Positions 1 to 13,300 of a stretch of 64,000 nt of DNA are shown here, piece after piece. The stretch spans positions 43,825 to 107,824 of the forward strand of contig NIVC01003273.1 of assembly GCA_002269645.1 (NCBI GenBank). Reading direction: 5' to 3'. Below the pieces are notes generated by a model, which was given only the letters and a program-made list of their open reading frames with translations, was not told the origin of the DNA and did no database searches. A program made the translations under genes and the position numbers. Every line of letters begins with the position of its first letter. Within the stretch, counting starts at the first letter, position 1. The stretch comes from Macrostomum lignano. Taxonomy: Eukaryota.

Positions 1-461
1 TCTTGTCCGACAACTAGTACGAGTAGCAACAAAGATGGCTAGGCCTAGAAGTCGAAGAATAGGCCTAGGCCTAAAGCCTACCTAGCCTAGCCCTGGCCCT
101 ACTAGGCAAGCAAGCTCAATAATTTAGGAACTGAGCAGCAGAGTTGAGTTGTTAGGCCTATGATGAAGGCCTAATTAAATTGACTTAGAGCCATAAATTA
201 CATACATAATGAAGATTGCTGTGTCTCACATATCATAGGCCTAGTTTGTACTCGTGTCTGTAGGTTGAACTTCCAAGTAGTTCTTGCCTTTCAGTCACGG
301 TCAATGGACGAGCTACAGCGATCAATATTTTTTTTTTTTAGTAGTAGTAGTAAGTTGGCTCAGGCAAGAAGCCTGTTTGGCCAATATATTTCTATGTATT
401 TAAGATTGCTTCAGGAATAGGAGACAATATTTTAGCACTAGTTATTTAATTATGATTAGTA

Positions 462-3198
462 GGGTCGTTCTCAAAGTTTAGTCGTAAGCAGTGAAACAAA
501 TATTTTTGAAAATCAGCCTGAAATATTGAATCTTTTCTTATTTTAGCTCTAAAAGGACTTAAAAAATATATGCCTCTCATGGGTCTTAATCTTTTTTAAC
601 ATTGAACTTTTGATGTTAATCTCATCAGAGTGCGCTATTTCATTTTTCGATATATATTTTTATTATCGCACGAGTTATAATACCCACTTTAGAGAAGCTA
701 CATTCTGTTCACGTGGTCTTATTAAAGAAGAAAATTGATAAATGTTATTTATAACTTTGGTTAGCACAACCTAGAACCCATTTAACTCTTTCGATTGCAA
801 AGCAGATGTTGCTATTTCGATTTTTGCTAGAAACGTAACATTATGAATGATAAAAAAATCCACTTTTAATTAATTTGTTCTGTTGATAGAATACGCTAAT
901 AGCTGCGTTTTCTGCTGTTTTTTAAGAAAGATAGTCATATCTAACACTAAAGTATCAATTAAGGCAGTTTCATTCTATATTAAGAAAGAAAAGTTAAATA
1001 AATTCAATTTTAAGTTTTTTTCAATAGCACAAAATTAACCTAACAAAGAGAGATTTCGCTGACTACAACAAAGCAAGTAGCACCAAAGTTATTTTAATTT
1101 AAAGTCCTCATCTGTGGGATGAGAAAAAGTACCACTTTTTTGTCTCTAGTTATGAAAAAAAATTTTCTCAGCACATTGTTAGGTTTTTTGGATGTTTTTT
1201 TATGTACGCTCGTAATTTAGATGAATTTTTGCTATTGATCACCCAATATGTTAGTCAGAACAAACAGAATTTGATTTATGTAGATAAAATTGACTTTTTT
1301 TCTCTTAAAAACAGTCGTTTTTTGTTGTTTTCACACAATTTTTTCAACTGATTTAAAATTTGTATTGTAAGTTACAAGTAAACATAATGAGTCAAAACAA
1401 GAGTAGAAGAAAGTAGTAGAAAGTAGTAGTAGAAGAAAGAGAGTAGTAGAAACTGAAAAGAAAATAAGAGTAACGAATAATAAAAAAGTTGCATGATTTG
1501 ATTAGTCAAGAAATAGTATTAAAACAATTTTGTATCTGATTTATTATCAATGAAATTAGCTGTCTGAAGCACAAAAAATTAATTTTTTTGAAACATTAAA
1601 TTCATTCTCATATGTTCTGCAATTCATTAAAGATATACATGTAGCAACTTAAACATTCAGTTGATACTTTCCACCTTTGGATGCATATAGCTACTAACAA
1701 GAAAAAAGACAAAAGAAAAAACTTAATTGCCATTGATGCTGGCAATGTAATATTAAATATGGTACAGAAAGATGGAATCTCTACAGAGAGTGCTGCCACA
1801 CGAATTTTTGAAGTGTTTAACAGATAAGTCATGGCAGTACCATAACAGACATACTATATTTTATATTACTCTTCGATTGACAATTACGCTTTAGATATGT
1901 TTTAGATGATGATTTTCCATTGGGACTGACTCTATATACCGAGGCCAGACACAGTTAAGTGCGGCTGACAGCACTGAAGCGGCGGTTAACAGAGAATGCG
2001 ATGAGCTGTGGCCTGTGGAGACAGCCAGCTGATGTACGAGCATCAGTAGAAGGGAAAGACATCCAATAGTGTCTTGCTATTGGTTTGTTACATGTACAGC
2101 GAACATCTACTTTTATTCTAATGTGATCGATTTAATTCTACTGACCCAATTGGCTAAAGCACTGTAAACTGCACACCTCTCGGACGGATATGTAATGCCA
2201 TTTGCTGCACTTTTACCTGTTTCTCTGCCAGAACACCAGCATCATTGTATGTGCCACAATGCTAAGATGTGCAGTGGTCCTTTGGGTGTGGTTAGTTCTG
2301 CAGGCATCGACGTAATTTATCAAATGAGACGAATTGTATACCGAGCATTACAGCTAGTGCAGGGCCAGAATCGATTACAGAGGTTCGCCAGAGCAATTGC
2401 AGTGATCCATGTGGCTGCCGAGTCAGACGTCTGTAATAGGCTAATTAACTTACCAAGACCAAAGTATTTAATTTAAATTTATAAGCTGTTCTTTTAGTAG
2501 TTATGCAGCCTAATTACATAAGAAAATAGTATAGTAAAATAGTAAAATAGTATTAAAGCTATGTTGCAGAATATAAATGCTTGCTGAAGTATTTTTTTTT
2601 TAAAACGCAAGTCTGTTCGAAAAAAGATACATGCATTTTAGGTTTTAAAAGAAATGGCTTCCTAGCTCGTTTACTATATATATTCTAATTCAAAAAAACT
2701 TTTAATGCTTTAAAAGACATATTTTGCAAGCCTAATTTTTAGCTAAACCAGTTTTGTATATTTTAAGCTTCATATTTCGGTGTTTAAGTACAATAATTAA
2801 GTTCTTGAGTGGTACAATATCAATTATTTCGGGTGTTTCTTGTTACGCGATAATTTTAAATACAAGCAATTTATACGAAAAAAACAAAATGTTGATTTAA
2901 AAATAACATTTTCTATTGAAATAATACTTATTAAATAGTAAACATAGAATAAAAGATGTATCTAATTCATAAAAAAATAAAAGAAAACTTGCATTATTTC
3001 ACAATTTTTGGTCGTTTTATTTTCCGTTGCGAAAAATAACAAATTGCTAGATTTCGTCTTAAATATTTGGTTTCTTGTGGTTTTAACGGCAGTTTTTTAA
3101 TTAAATTGACGAAAGAATCGTTTTTGCAAAATAATTACTTTATTCAAAAACTTTTTTTTCTGTACCAAAACATCATGACCTTAATTTGAGAACTACCC
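462..3198. mobile_element. Candidate non-autonomous DNA transposon, ~2.7 kb, unclassified
   Basis: Left end GGGTCGTTCTCAAA (462) and right end TTTGAGAACTACCC (to 3198) are inverted repeats matching at 13/14. AGTA flanks both ends (458-461, 3199-3202). No transposase ORF recognised. Confidence 0.4.
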
Positions 3199-3511
3199 AG
3201 TACGAGTTTTGCAAAATGGTATTTGAAAGAACGCGGAAAAGTTATTAACGATACTTGGACGACTAACGAAGCGAAAGAAAAAGCAAGGAGTTAAAAAAAG
3301 TATTGCAGTTAATAAAAGTAAAAACGAAAGAAAAATGAACAAAAACGAACTTCGAAGGGACTTTACGTTAAGCGAATGACGACGATTTAAATAGGTATTA
3401 GATAGGAAACTAATTAAATACTAATTAAGTGCTAATTAAGTAGGAAATTAAAAATGGGAAAGGCGGATTTATTTCACTGCTGATATGTCTGTTTCAGTTT
3501 GCATAACTGTT

Positions 3512-4535
3512 TTAGCTATTCATGACTTCATATATTTTAGCTACACCAGTGAGCTCTTTTCTGACTCTTTTTTCATTTGTAGCATATCCTAACTTGTGTA
3601 CTTGCTTGTCATTTAGGAGGTACTGACAGAAGTATTTTTTTCTGAACTTTTCGGTTTGTGGACATTCGGTCAAGTAGTGTAGGATATCGGAACCATTTCT
3701 CGCTCCACACAGTCTACATGGTTCATGAGAGAAAATGTTGGGTGTAATTTCGCATTTCAGTTTTAGGAGGGTTGTTAGGAATTTTTTGTTTCTAAAAGTG
3801 CATGGAAAGTAATCTGAAAGGTCAGGCCTGCAGATTTTTTTGTAGAGATAGGCGTTTTTATAGAGTTTAATATGTTGCTGATTCTCTAGCTTTTGGCTAA
3901 GTTCTCTTTCTCTGTGTATCTTGAGGTGCTTTTTCACTAGGTATTTCTCGTTATTAAAGCTTTGGGAAAGTTTATCTTCAGTTAGTGCTTTTAAGTCTAT
4001 ACTTTCCAGTTTCTTTAGTATATTTGTTTTCCATGGATTTTTTTGGCTGGTGTTTGAGTAGAAAATTTCTAGTGTCGTTTGGCAAAGTTTTTGATGTCTA
4101 ATCTTCAGCCAGTAGGTAAGATAGGTTTTAGCAATTCGTTGGGAGATTGGAGTAAGCTCAAGTTCTGATGATATCACACTGTTGCTATCAAATTTTGGTA
4201 GATTGAGGAGATATTTGTAGAATTTCAGCTGAATGTTATCAATAGCTTTTGTTTCAGAAATGGTAGCCAGAGGGCCCCAGAGCTCACAGCCGTACGTGAT
4301 AACGGGGGTGACAAGCGCGTCGAATAGTCTGCGAATGAGTGTGATGTCCAGGGACGTATTTTTTACCTTGTGGAGTAGGGAAAACATAGCTGAATAACCC
4401 TGCTTAGTTTGATGTTCAATACATTTTTTAAAGCTGTTTTTTGGTTCAAAAATAATTCCCAGGTATTTAAATTCATTTACTTCCTCTATTTCTTGGTTGT
4501 CGTAGATTATTTTTGTAGCAAAACTTTCTGTGTCA
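3512..4535 (-). mobile_element. 5'-truncated non-LTR retrotransposon (RTE/RTEX-like): RT thumb plus C-terminal zinc-knuckle region
   Basis: ORF 3512-4387 extends in frame upstream to ~4535 with IEEVNEFKYLG (RT thumb). It also contains LFDALVTPVITYGCELWG and a C-terminal CRLCG..DILHYLTECP motif typical of LINE ORF2. Confidence 0.85.
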
Positions 4536-6865
4536 TTTTTTTATATATATATGTCAACCCGGAATAATTAAGATATCTGAAAAGCTAGCAAAACAAATTA
4601 TTTAACGTTTGCTATCTCTACATATAAAACTTTAAATCACCTTTTGCACAAGACACCTTTTAAAAATTTTAAAACACTTTTTAAAATGTTAATTACATCA
4701 AGTTATTTTTTGTCAGTTACTGTATGCTTAGGCTTTTAACTGTGTTACTTTATTAGAACACTTGTTTAATTTTTCCTTAATCTTAAGCGTACGAGTACGT
4801 CAGTAAGACGTACGAGCTACCCAGCAAGGCAATGGCTACACTTCCGTCACCGGAACCCCCTTTCCAACAGCTATGGATCCGGCAGTGGCATTGTAATATA
4901 GCAGAAACATAACATTTTTTCACAGGTGGCGGATTTTGCGATTTTGTTCTGGTTTAGATTCACTGATTCAAGACGATATGATGAGATTCGAAATGAATAT
5001 ACTTCAAATATTCAGACTTCTTGAGTAGTTATGTTTTTCGTAGTATTTTTCATATACCTCCTTATGGCACTGTCGGATCCATAGCTGTTAGGTTCTGGTG
5101 CTGGTAATGACTGGTATTGACTGGTGCCGATAATGAAGTTATGACTATATGTGTCGTAGGGCTCTTAATTATTCCTTTTGCTAGCCTTACTAGCTGCCAC
5201 CAAAGTTGTAATAAAGCTATTTCTCCTTAACAATTCTACTGGTTATTAATTGTCTTTCTACTGGTAGCGCATGTACTTCTATCGGTAGCGTATGTACTTC
5301 TATTGGTAGCGTATGTACTTCTATTGTACTTTCTAGCCTGAGCGGTCTAATAGCACTGTCTATTCTATTCCTATGCTTCCCCTAATATTATTCTCTCAGT
5401 CCTGGGCGTTCCCTGGATCAGAGGGTCACAGCTTATGCTCTTTCTCTGCCCTGAGGCGATCTTCTCTCGTTATGAGGCGGTTCTCCTGCCCTGAGGCGAA
5501 TTTACAATTTACTGCCCTGAGGCGGTTTCTCGCTTGTAGCGGTTTCTGATACTCCCAATTGGGGTTCTTATACTCTAAGAAATGATTAAGTCTTTAAGCG
5601 ATTTCAATATTTAGAATGAACTAAATTTGCTTATCGAAAACCGAGAGGCAGCAAACGGTTGCTTCCTCAAGTCTGCTCAGCGTGTCTATTTATACCCAAA
5701 ATTCGTTATAGTTTAAACAAAATAATAATTGCAGAAATATTTTTGCAAACCACAACATTCAAACAAATATTTCGCGCAGATTTGAATAAAGGTTTTTCTA
5801 AGAAAGGCAAACATAAAATGAGTAAAATTTAAAAGTATTAGAGCTATTATTAATGCCTGTCTCATATGTTTTTGTGACCTGCATGAGTATTAAGTTTTGC
5901 AAAATATATTGCTCAAATTTTGAAAATCCTACCTTAAATTTGAAATTGCATGTCAAATTTGAAAATTTTACAAAGATGCAGACTAAATAAAAAAATAATT
6001 TTGTTGTCATTGACACTTCAACACGTAACATTACTATATTTATTTGATTTCCACTTGCTTTAGTTAGCAGGCTAAATTTGATTTTCTTGTTGGAATATTG
6101 CATTCTATTTTGAAGTCTTGGTATAAAAAAACACAGTTTTAAATCTTACATTTTATTATACAAGGAAAATTTTAAATAAATCAACAAATTTAAATACTTA
6201 AACTCTTAGTCTTAGCTAGATTATATATTTTTTTATAAAATAGGACAGTTCTTGTTTTTATAACTAATATATATTAAACAACATATTTCTGTCAGTTTTT
6301 GTTTCATTTCATTCAAGGGGCATTTTGCATACATAGCCTAATCAAAATAAAAATGTTAATAATATGTACTAAATGTTTAGCCTTTATTTTGTTAGCTTTC
6401 TTGGAAAGACCTTAAAAGCAATAATTGTATATTTACATGCAGTTATTGTAAATAACTTTCACTCATGGAGTAGAATATGCATATATTTTGACTAGCCTTT
6501 TTAACTATTCTATTAAATCTACATTCGAACTTTTCTTTCAAAATTACTAAGTATTGCTTTTAATTTAGTACAAATTTATCATTTAGCTTACATGTTATTG
6601 ATACAAAAGGAAATACAAATGAAAAATGTATATTTCATATAAATAAATAGTAAAATAGAATAAAATAAAATAAAATAGAATAGTTTAATCATTCAATTAT
6701 TGACTTAACATAAAAAAGTTTTTTTTCAATTTAAAAAAAAATCCAAAAATGTTCAAGTGTAAAAAACCTTTTGCTTTTGATTCATTACGAACATCTTTTC
6801 TATTTTATTTCATTCCAGCATCAGCAACTGCTGCTTAAAGCAACCAAGTTTTTGTTGTAAAAGTA

Positions 6866-8377
6866 ATGCATCGACTGCAAAATGAATTCAACACACTATT
6901 TGAGATGGGCAGTCTGACACAGGAACGCCTGGCTGCTCAGGTAGCTCAGTTGAATAATCTCTGTGAGCGCGAATTGGCATCGCAACCAACTCGGTTAAAA
7001 TTCACTGTCCAGCAGATGCCGCCGCATCATCTGAGTCTGCTGTGGAAGGCGCTCGTCCGGATTGAGTGTCGAAAAATTGAAGCATCTACTGGTCGAACCT
7101 TGTCGATGAGGCTGCTGAGCCTTCGTCAACTGATGTCGCTTCGTAAAGACATGCGATCGTTAAGTCAGTTATCTGTTGTTGGCGCCAGTGCAGCCTGTGC
7201 AGGCGTCAGGACTGGCCCTGAGTCTGAATCCCAGTTTACTGCATCTGTTGTGCTTGGACTGTTACCAGATGATGCCACTGAGTTTGCTGCCTCTGCTTCT
7301 GCTGCTGCTGCTTCTGCTGACGCTGATGCTTTGAAACCAAGTGCTAAAGGTGAGATGGAAATTTTGATTCCGCCTTTTACGACTCATGTCGGGAAGTTAA
7401 TAAGTTCATAATTCGCAAGGGTTGCTTTTGGGTTTTGCCACTCCTGCAAATCAAGGCAGCAGACAGCACATATTCACAGCAAGTGAGGAAGACTGTCTCG
7501 GACAGGGGTCGCTTAGCCTCTCTAACCTGCCCTCGGGCTCTTTGAAACTTCACAATAACAATTTGGCCCGCTCAATTTTTATACTTTTTATCTCTTCTCA
7601 GCACTCTTCCTCTCTCCTCTCCTCTCGTCTCTTCTAGTTTTCCCAACCCATGACCTAGGAGGTTGGTCCTCATTGCATGTCCGGCCTTAGACTAATTTGG
7701 CGGACGAGTTCTAAATTACTGTGGGGATCGCGTCTGGCCGTTTTATAGAGTCAAAAAGCTGCTGGGAGTTGTGACACATGATTGCTTTCTTCGTTATTTT
7801 ACAGTGTAGAAAGTGAAATTACCTAATGCTAAAGCGAGGCGTTAAACACATTTATTTGTTTGTTGTGGAGGACATGTATAAACAAAAATATAGTGGAAAT
7901 TCATTTAAGTTTCCTCCTGCTCGGAAACAACCGGGTGCCAATTTGGCGTCCGGGGTCCAAAGTCATCATGCCAAAATTCCAATTTGATGTGTCGTCATGA
8001 CAAGTGCAAGTTGGAGAACTTTCTAATTCTGTCTGGCTATCAATATCGTTGCATTTTCTCCAGCCGCAGACATTGAAGAGTGCTGCATTTGCATGGACAG
8101 GCAGGCTGACGTGCTTCTGCAGTGCGCTCACGCCTATTGTCAAAGCTGCATCCAGCACTGGATTGACGTTGGCCCGCCTAGACGCGAGACAATTGGCAAC
8201 CTGCCAATCGCCGGTCGCCAGTCAGATGCCACCTGCCCGATCTGTCGCAGTTTGGTCTCGGCTGACAGCTGGGTCATTGCGTCAGCGCCGGATATTGCCA
8301 ACGATGAAGCTGCCAAGTTGATGCTGGGCGCTGTCGATCGTGCTGGCAATGCTGTGACTAATTATCGACAGCAGTAG
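6866..8377 (+). CDS. RNF141: RING finger protein 141-like; exons 6866-7349 and 8064-8377, possible mini-exon 7420-7482
   Basis: N-terminus GSLTQERL..LWKALVRIECRKI resembles RNF141. GT/AG junction is phase 1 compatible. RING motif EECCICMDRQADVLLQCAHAYCQSCIQHW..CPICR..SWVIASAP matches the RNF141 C-terminus. Confidence 0.85.
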
Positions 8378-10373
8378 TAGTGGATTCCACTGTAAGTAGT
8401 ATCCTTAGCGTTTTTGTGTTTATATGCATTAAAATTGTACACAATGCGTGTAGATAAAATAAAGGAGTGAATTATTAGAAGCCAGTCAATGGAGAGACGC
8501 TGCGCACCCAAAAGGCAAAAGCCGAGCATCGACATCATTGACTAACTGTACCATTTCAATCTCGACAATTTTACCAAGGACTCCACAACTAGAAGGATCG
8601 AAAATCTCGTTCTAGAAAAATTTTAGGAGGCCTAACTTTCATTCATTCAAAAATTCATTTGAAAGCCTAACTTTGCTTGTGAATTTGTAAAATAGATTTT
8701 TATTGGTCAATTTTTATCGATTTTAATGCGGCAAGAAATTAACAAATTTTATTAGGGCTAAGTTTCAAAAATCCCGCGCATTTCGATGCGAATTTAATGC
8801 CTTCAAATAGAAGTTTGTAAATTTCAGTTAATAAAAATCCATTGCATTTTCATTGACTGCTTGTTGAATTATTTTTTCTAAATATCAATCAGTGTTGCAG
8901 TGGGTCTGCAACAGTTTAATAAAAGACTACAGTATAGCCACCTTTATGTCGCTCAGTATTTGTATGATTTTGTCACTTTCACACTTACATACCCTATGTG
9001 CTTTAATTGCTTAATAGCTGGGTGTTCTTTGATTTTTCTCACTGCATCGCCGCAACTGAGTTCAGTTTCGGCTAGCTATACCGCTCGCCTATAAATCGGT
9101 GTTGTTATGAATTCTAAAATTTTTCTACTTTTGATTTTTCAAGTTAAAGCTTTAAAAAGCAGAATATAAATAAAATATTTCAAGCCCTGTTCTGTCCATT
9201 GTTCCGTCATTTATAGCATTATTTATACACCAAATGAGGGCAGTACCTGTCGTGATCGGTTTACACAGTTAATCCACATTGATTTACTGTAAAGACATGC
9301 CGCTTTGCCTGTGTTTTATTTTGATTGATTGTTTTACTATTTTGTCTAGCTAATCGCTTCAACTCACAAAGATTATCCACAGAATCTGTTTGGTAAGGAC
9401 AGAAGAGAACAGACTGCAGTTGCTTTTTTGATTTATTAATATTCTTGGAACGTAATATACATAACAAAAGACGTCATAAATTTTGCTAAAAAGCTTAAAT
9501 TTTGTAAGAAAAAAGTTTAATAGTTTATAGTTTAATAGTATTTGTTTTTTGTCTATTGGTACAATTACTAGCAACTGTATAAACTGTGGCAAGGTAGCAC
9601 TCGAAAGAGGAACTTCAAACGAGTTTGAGCTAAAAGCAGGACCTAGAACAAAAGCATTGATAATATATTTAGATGTTAAAATGCCAGTTGATAATTCTCA
9701 TTGGATGTTGCCAATCCATAGCGACAGCTAGCATACACACGTGTTAACCTTATTTAGATTGAAACTAGAAGGTTATGGGGCACAGATTAAATACACTCGG
9801 AAACGTATATAATTACAATAAGTACAACTTTGATTGCACTCTTATTGTGATTAGCTGTTACAGAAGAGTGTGAGTGGCTGAGGAAAAATGCATTGGATCT
9901 ACGAAAGCCCCAATTTTTCAGAGTACTATATTAATAGTTCCCATTGTTTACAACTGTGGCCATGGTGACTAATTGAATAGTTGGGAGCTACTGTGGCTGG
10001 TTGTTTTTTCTGTCGAGAGTGTTTGGAGAGCCTATCGGAAGCGGGGATCTGAGTTGAAGCAAGCAGGTCCAGATTGGCTCGACAAGGGCATAGGGAGCTA
10101 CGTTTTTTCTTCTCCCACAGCTTCTCAACCAGTCACATCATCGGCTAGCCAACTCTCATCCTCATTCCCTCTCCATTTCTCTCTGGCGGGATAGGCAAAT
10201 ACTTTGCCTCCTTCCTTTGTCTCAAATCCTTTTAACAGACTAAGAACTTGAATCTGTCAGTCAATAAAGAATCAATGGAATCGCTCTGGTAATTTACCGT
10301 AAAATCGAGACAAGTCAGATTGTCGAGAATAGATACAGTACAAGGCAATTTTTTGGTTCCTCGCAATATAAAA

Positions 10374-13300
10374 ATGGCTAGTGGGACGGTCTCTAAGACT
10401 GCAAAAGTTCGACTGCGAGCAGCGGAGTTCGCTGCCAACACCAGCGGACACGGCTATAAGAAGCTGCTGCAGCCTAGCGGTGCTTCCTTTTTGTGGCTGT
10501 TTTGCCTTTTAGGCGCCCTGGCTGGTCTCGGATTCCACATCTACCTGTTGGCTTCGCAGTTTTTTGCCTACGACAAGCGCGTTCTGACGCATCACCGCCT
10601 GCAGCCGATGCCCTATCCCAAGGTGGTGCTGTGCCCCACACATTACTGGTCCGACTACCTCCTGTCACAGTCGGGTGCTGCGGAAATTGTTCGGAAACTG
10701 CACGATCGACTATTCAACGATTCTGCCGTGTTTTATGCACCAGGCCAAGAGGCGGAACGCGAGGCAGATGTGGACAAGATGCTGTTAGACACTTACGCAG
10801 AAGGCAAGCTGCCCGAGCTGGACAATGTCACAGCACCATTGGAGTCATTTCTGCTTTCGTGCAGCTTCAATCACGGTAACTGCAGCGCGGTTAACTTTAC
10901 CAAAATCCTGTCTGATAGGTACGTTGATTTTTAGCCTGTACATTGTTTCACACTAATGCAGTCCGACGTCGGCTGAACGTCGAAGTACACTTAAAAGTAC
11001 ATATCTGTCATCGACGTCGGTAGCTGCTTTTAAGATTTTGAGCTGCTGTTTGTGTCAAAGTCGAAGCAGTTCAGCCAGGGGCGCCGCCATGGATTTTATG
11101 GTGGTGGGGGGGGGGCAATGCCAAGAATTCAACATGTACATGTACATGACTAAATTCCTACATGTCCATTATTTTGAGAATTGGTGTTGTCAGCGCTCAT
11201 TTTAGCGCGGCAGGTACTCATTTTGGCCCCATAGGCACTCCTCAGATCCGCAGGCACTCATTTTAGCGCCGCAGGCAGTGCAGGCACTCATTTTAGCGCC
11301 GCAGGCACTCATTTTAGCGCCGCAGGCACTCATTTTAGCGCCGCAGGCACTCATTTTAGCGCTGCAGGCACTCATTTTAGCGCCGCAGGCACTCATTTTA
11401 GCGCCGCAGGCACTCATTTTAGCGCCGCAGGCACTCATTTTAGCGCCGCAGGCACTCATTTTAGCGCCGCAGGCACTCATTTTAGCGCCGCAGGCACTCA
11501 TTTTAGCGCCGCAGGCACTCATTTTAGCGCCGCAGGCACTCATTTTAGCGCCGCAGGCACTCATTTTAGCGCCGCAGGCACTCATTTTAGCGCCGCAGGC
11601 ACTCATTTTAGCGCCGCAGGCACTCATTTTAGCGCCGCAGGCACTCATTTTAGCGCCGCAGGCACTCATGTTAGCGCCGCAGGCACTCATTTTAGCGCCG
11701 CAGGCACTCATTTTAGCGCCGCAGGCACTCATTTTAGCGCCGCAGGCACTCATTTTAGCGCCGCAGGCACTCATTTTAGCGCCGCAGGCACTCATTTTAG
11801 CGCCGCAGGCACTCATTTTAGCGCCGCAGGCACTCATTTTAGCGCCGCAGGCACTCATTTTAGCGCCGCAGGCACTCATTTTAGCGCCGCAGGCTCTCAT
11901 TTTAGCGCCGCAGGCACTCAGTTTAGCGCCGCAGGCACTCATTTTAGCGCCGCAGGCACTCATTTTAGCGCCGCAGGCACTCATTTTAGCGCCGCAGGCA
12001 CTCATTTTAGCGCCGCAGGCACTCATTTTAGCGCCGCAGGCACTCATTTTAGCGCCGCAGGCACTCATTTTAGCGCCGCAGGCACTCATTTTAGCGCCGC
12101 AGGCACTCATTTTAGCGCCGCAGGCACTCATTTTAGCGCCGCAGGCACTCATTTTAGCGCCGCAGGCACTCATTTTAGCGCCGCAGGCACTCATTTTAGC
12201 GCCGCAGGCACTCATGTTAGCGCCGCAGGCACTCATTTTAGCGCCGCAGGCACTCATTTTAGCGCCGCAGGCACTCATTTTAGCGCCGCAGGCACTCATT
12301 TTAGCGCCGCAGGCACTCATTTTAGCGCCGCAGGCACTCATTTTAGCGCCGCAGGCACTCATTTTAGCGCCGCAGGCACTCATTTTAGCGCCGCAGGCAC
12401 TCATTTTAGCGCCGCAGGCACTCATTTTAGCGCCGCAGGCACTCATTTTAGCGCCGCAGGCACTCATTTTAGCGCCGCAGGCACTCATTTTAGCGCCGCA
12501 GGCACTCATTTTAGCGCCGCATGCACTCTTTTTAGCGCCGCAGGCACTCATTTTAGCGCCGCAGGCTCTCATTTTAGCGCCGCAGGCACTCATTTTAGCG
12601 CCGCATGCACTCATTTTAGCGCCGCAGGCACTCATTTTAGCGCCGCATGCACTCTTTTTAGCGCCGCAGGCACTCATTTTAGCGCCGCATGGACTCTTTT
12701 TAGCGCCACAGGCACTCATTTTAGCACCACAGGCACTCATTTTTGCACCACAGGCACTCATTTTAGCGTCGCAGGCACTCATTTTAGCGCCACAGGCACT
12801 CATTTTGGCGCCGCAGGCACTCATTTTAGCACCATAGGCACTCATTTTAGCGCCACGGGCACTCATTTTAGTGCCAAGACACTCATTTTAGTGCCACAGG
12901 CACTCATTTTAGTGCCACAACACTCATTTTAGTGCCACAGGCACTCATTTTAGCGCCACGGGCATTTTAGCGCCACAGGCATTTTAGCGCCACGGGCATT
13001 TTAGCGCCACAGGCATTTTAGCGCCACAGGTACTTATTTTGGCCCCATAGGCACTCCTCTTAGATCCGCAGGAACTCATTTTAGCGCCGCAGCCACTTAT
13101 TTTAGCGCCGCATGCACTCATTTTAGCGCCGCAGGCACTTATTTTAGCGCCGCAGGCACTCATTTTAGCGCCGCAGGCACTCTTTTAGCGCCGCAAGTAC
13201 TCATTTTGGCGCCCGGAAAAAACTTATTGATTACCACAACGGGTCACAAGGTGGGGTGGGGGGACAAAGCATTAACATACCCCCATAGCTTTTACTGGTG

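Noticed and set aside
1-250. Clusters of TAGGCCTA/AGGCCT motifs (also 25250-25620 and 54820-55020) and scattered TACATGTA
   Set aside because: These are short palindromic words without periodicity or boundaries, and look like a compositional bias rather than a discrete feature.
1930-2476. Exon-like GC-richer island and ORF 2195-2476
   Set aside because: No recognisable family in any frame. A faint carrier-like phrase on the minus strand (GIQFVSFDKLRR) is too weak, and no partner exons were found.
11202-12866. Long repetitive ORFs, e.g. (MSACGAK)n / (QALILAP)n, and similar ORFs at 13968-14921, 44754-48812, 58061-59857, 60439-61767 and 62430-62943
   Set aside because: They are stop-free translations of intronic minisatellites, open in several frames or on both strands, and lie inside introns of well-supported genes. 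There is no evidence they are coding.
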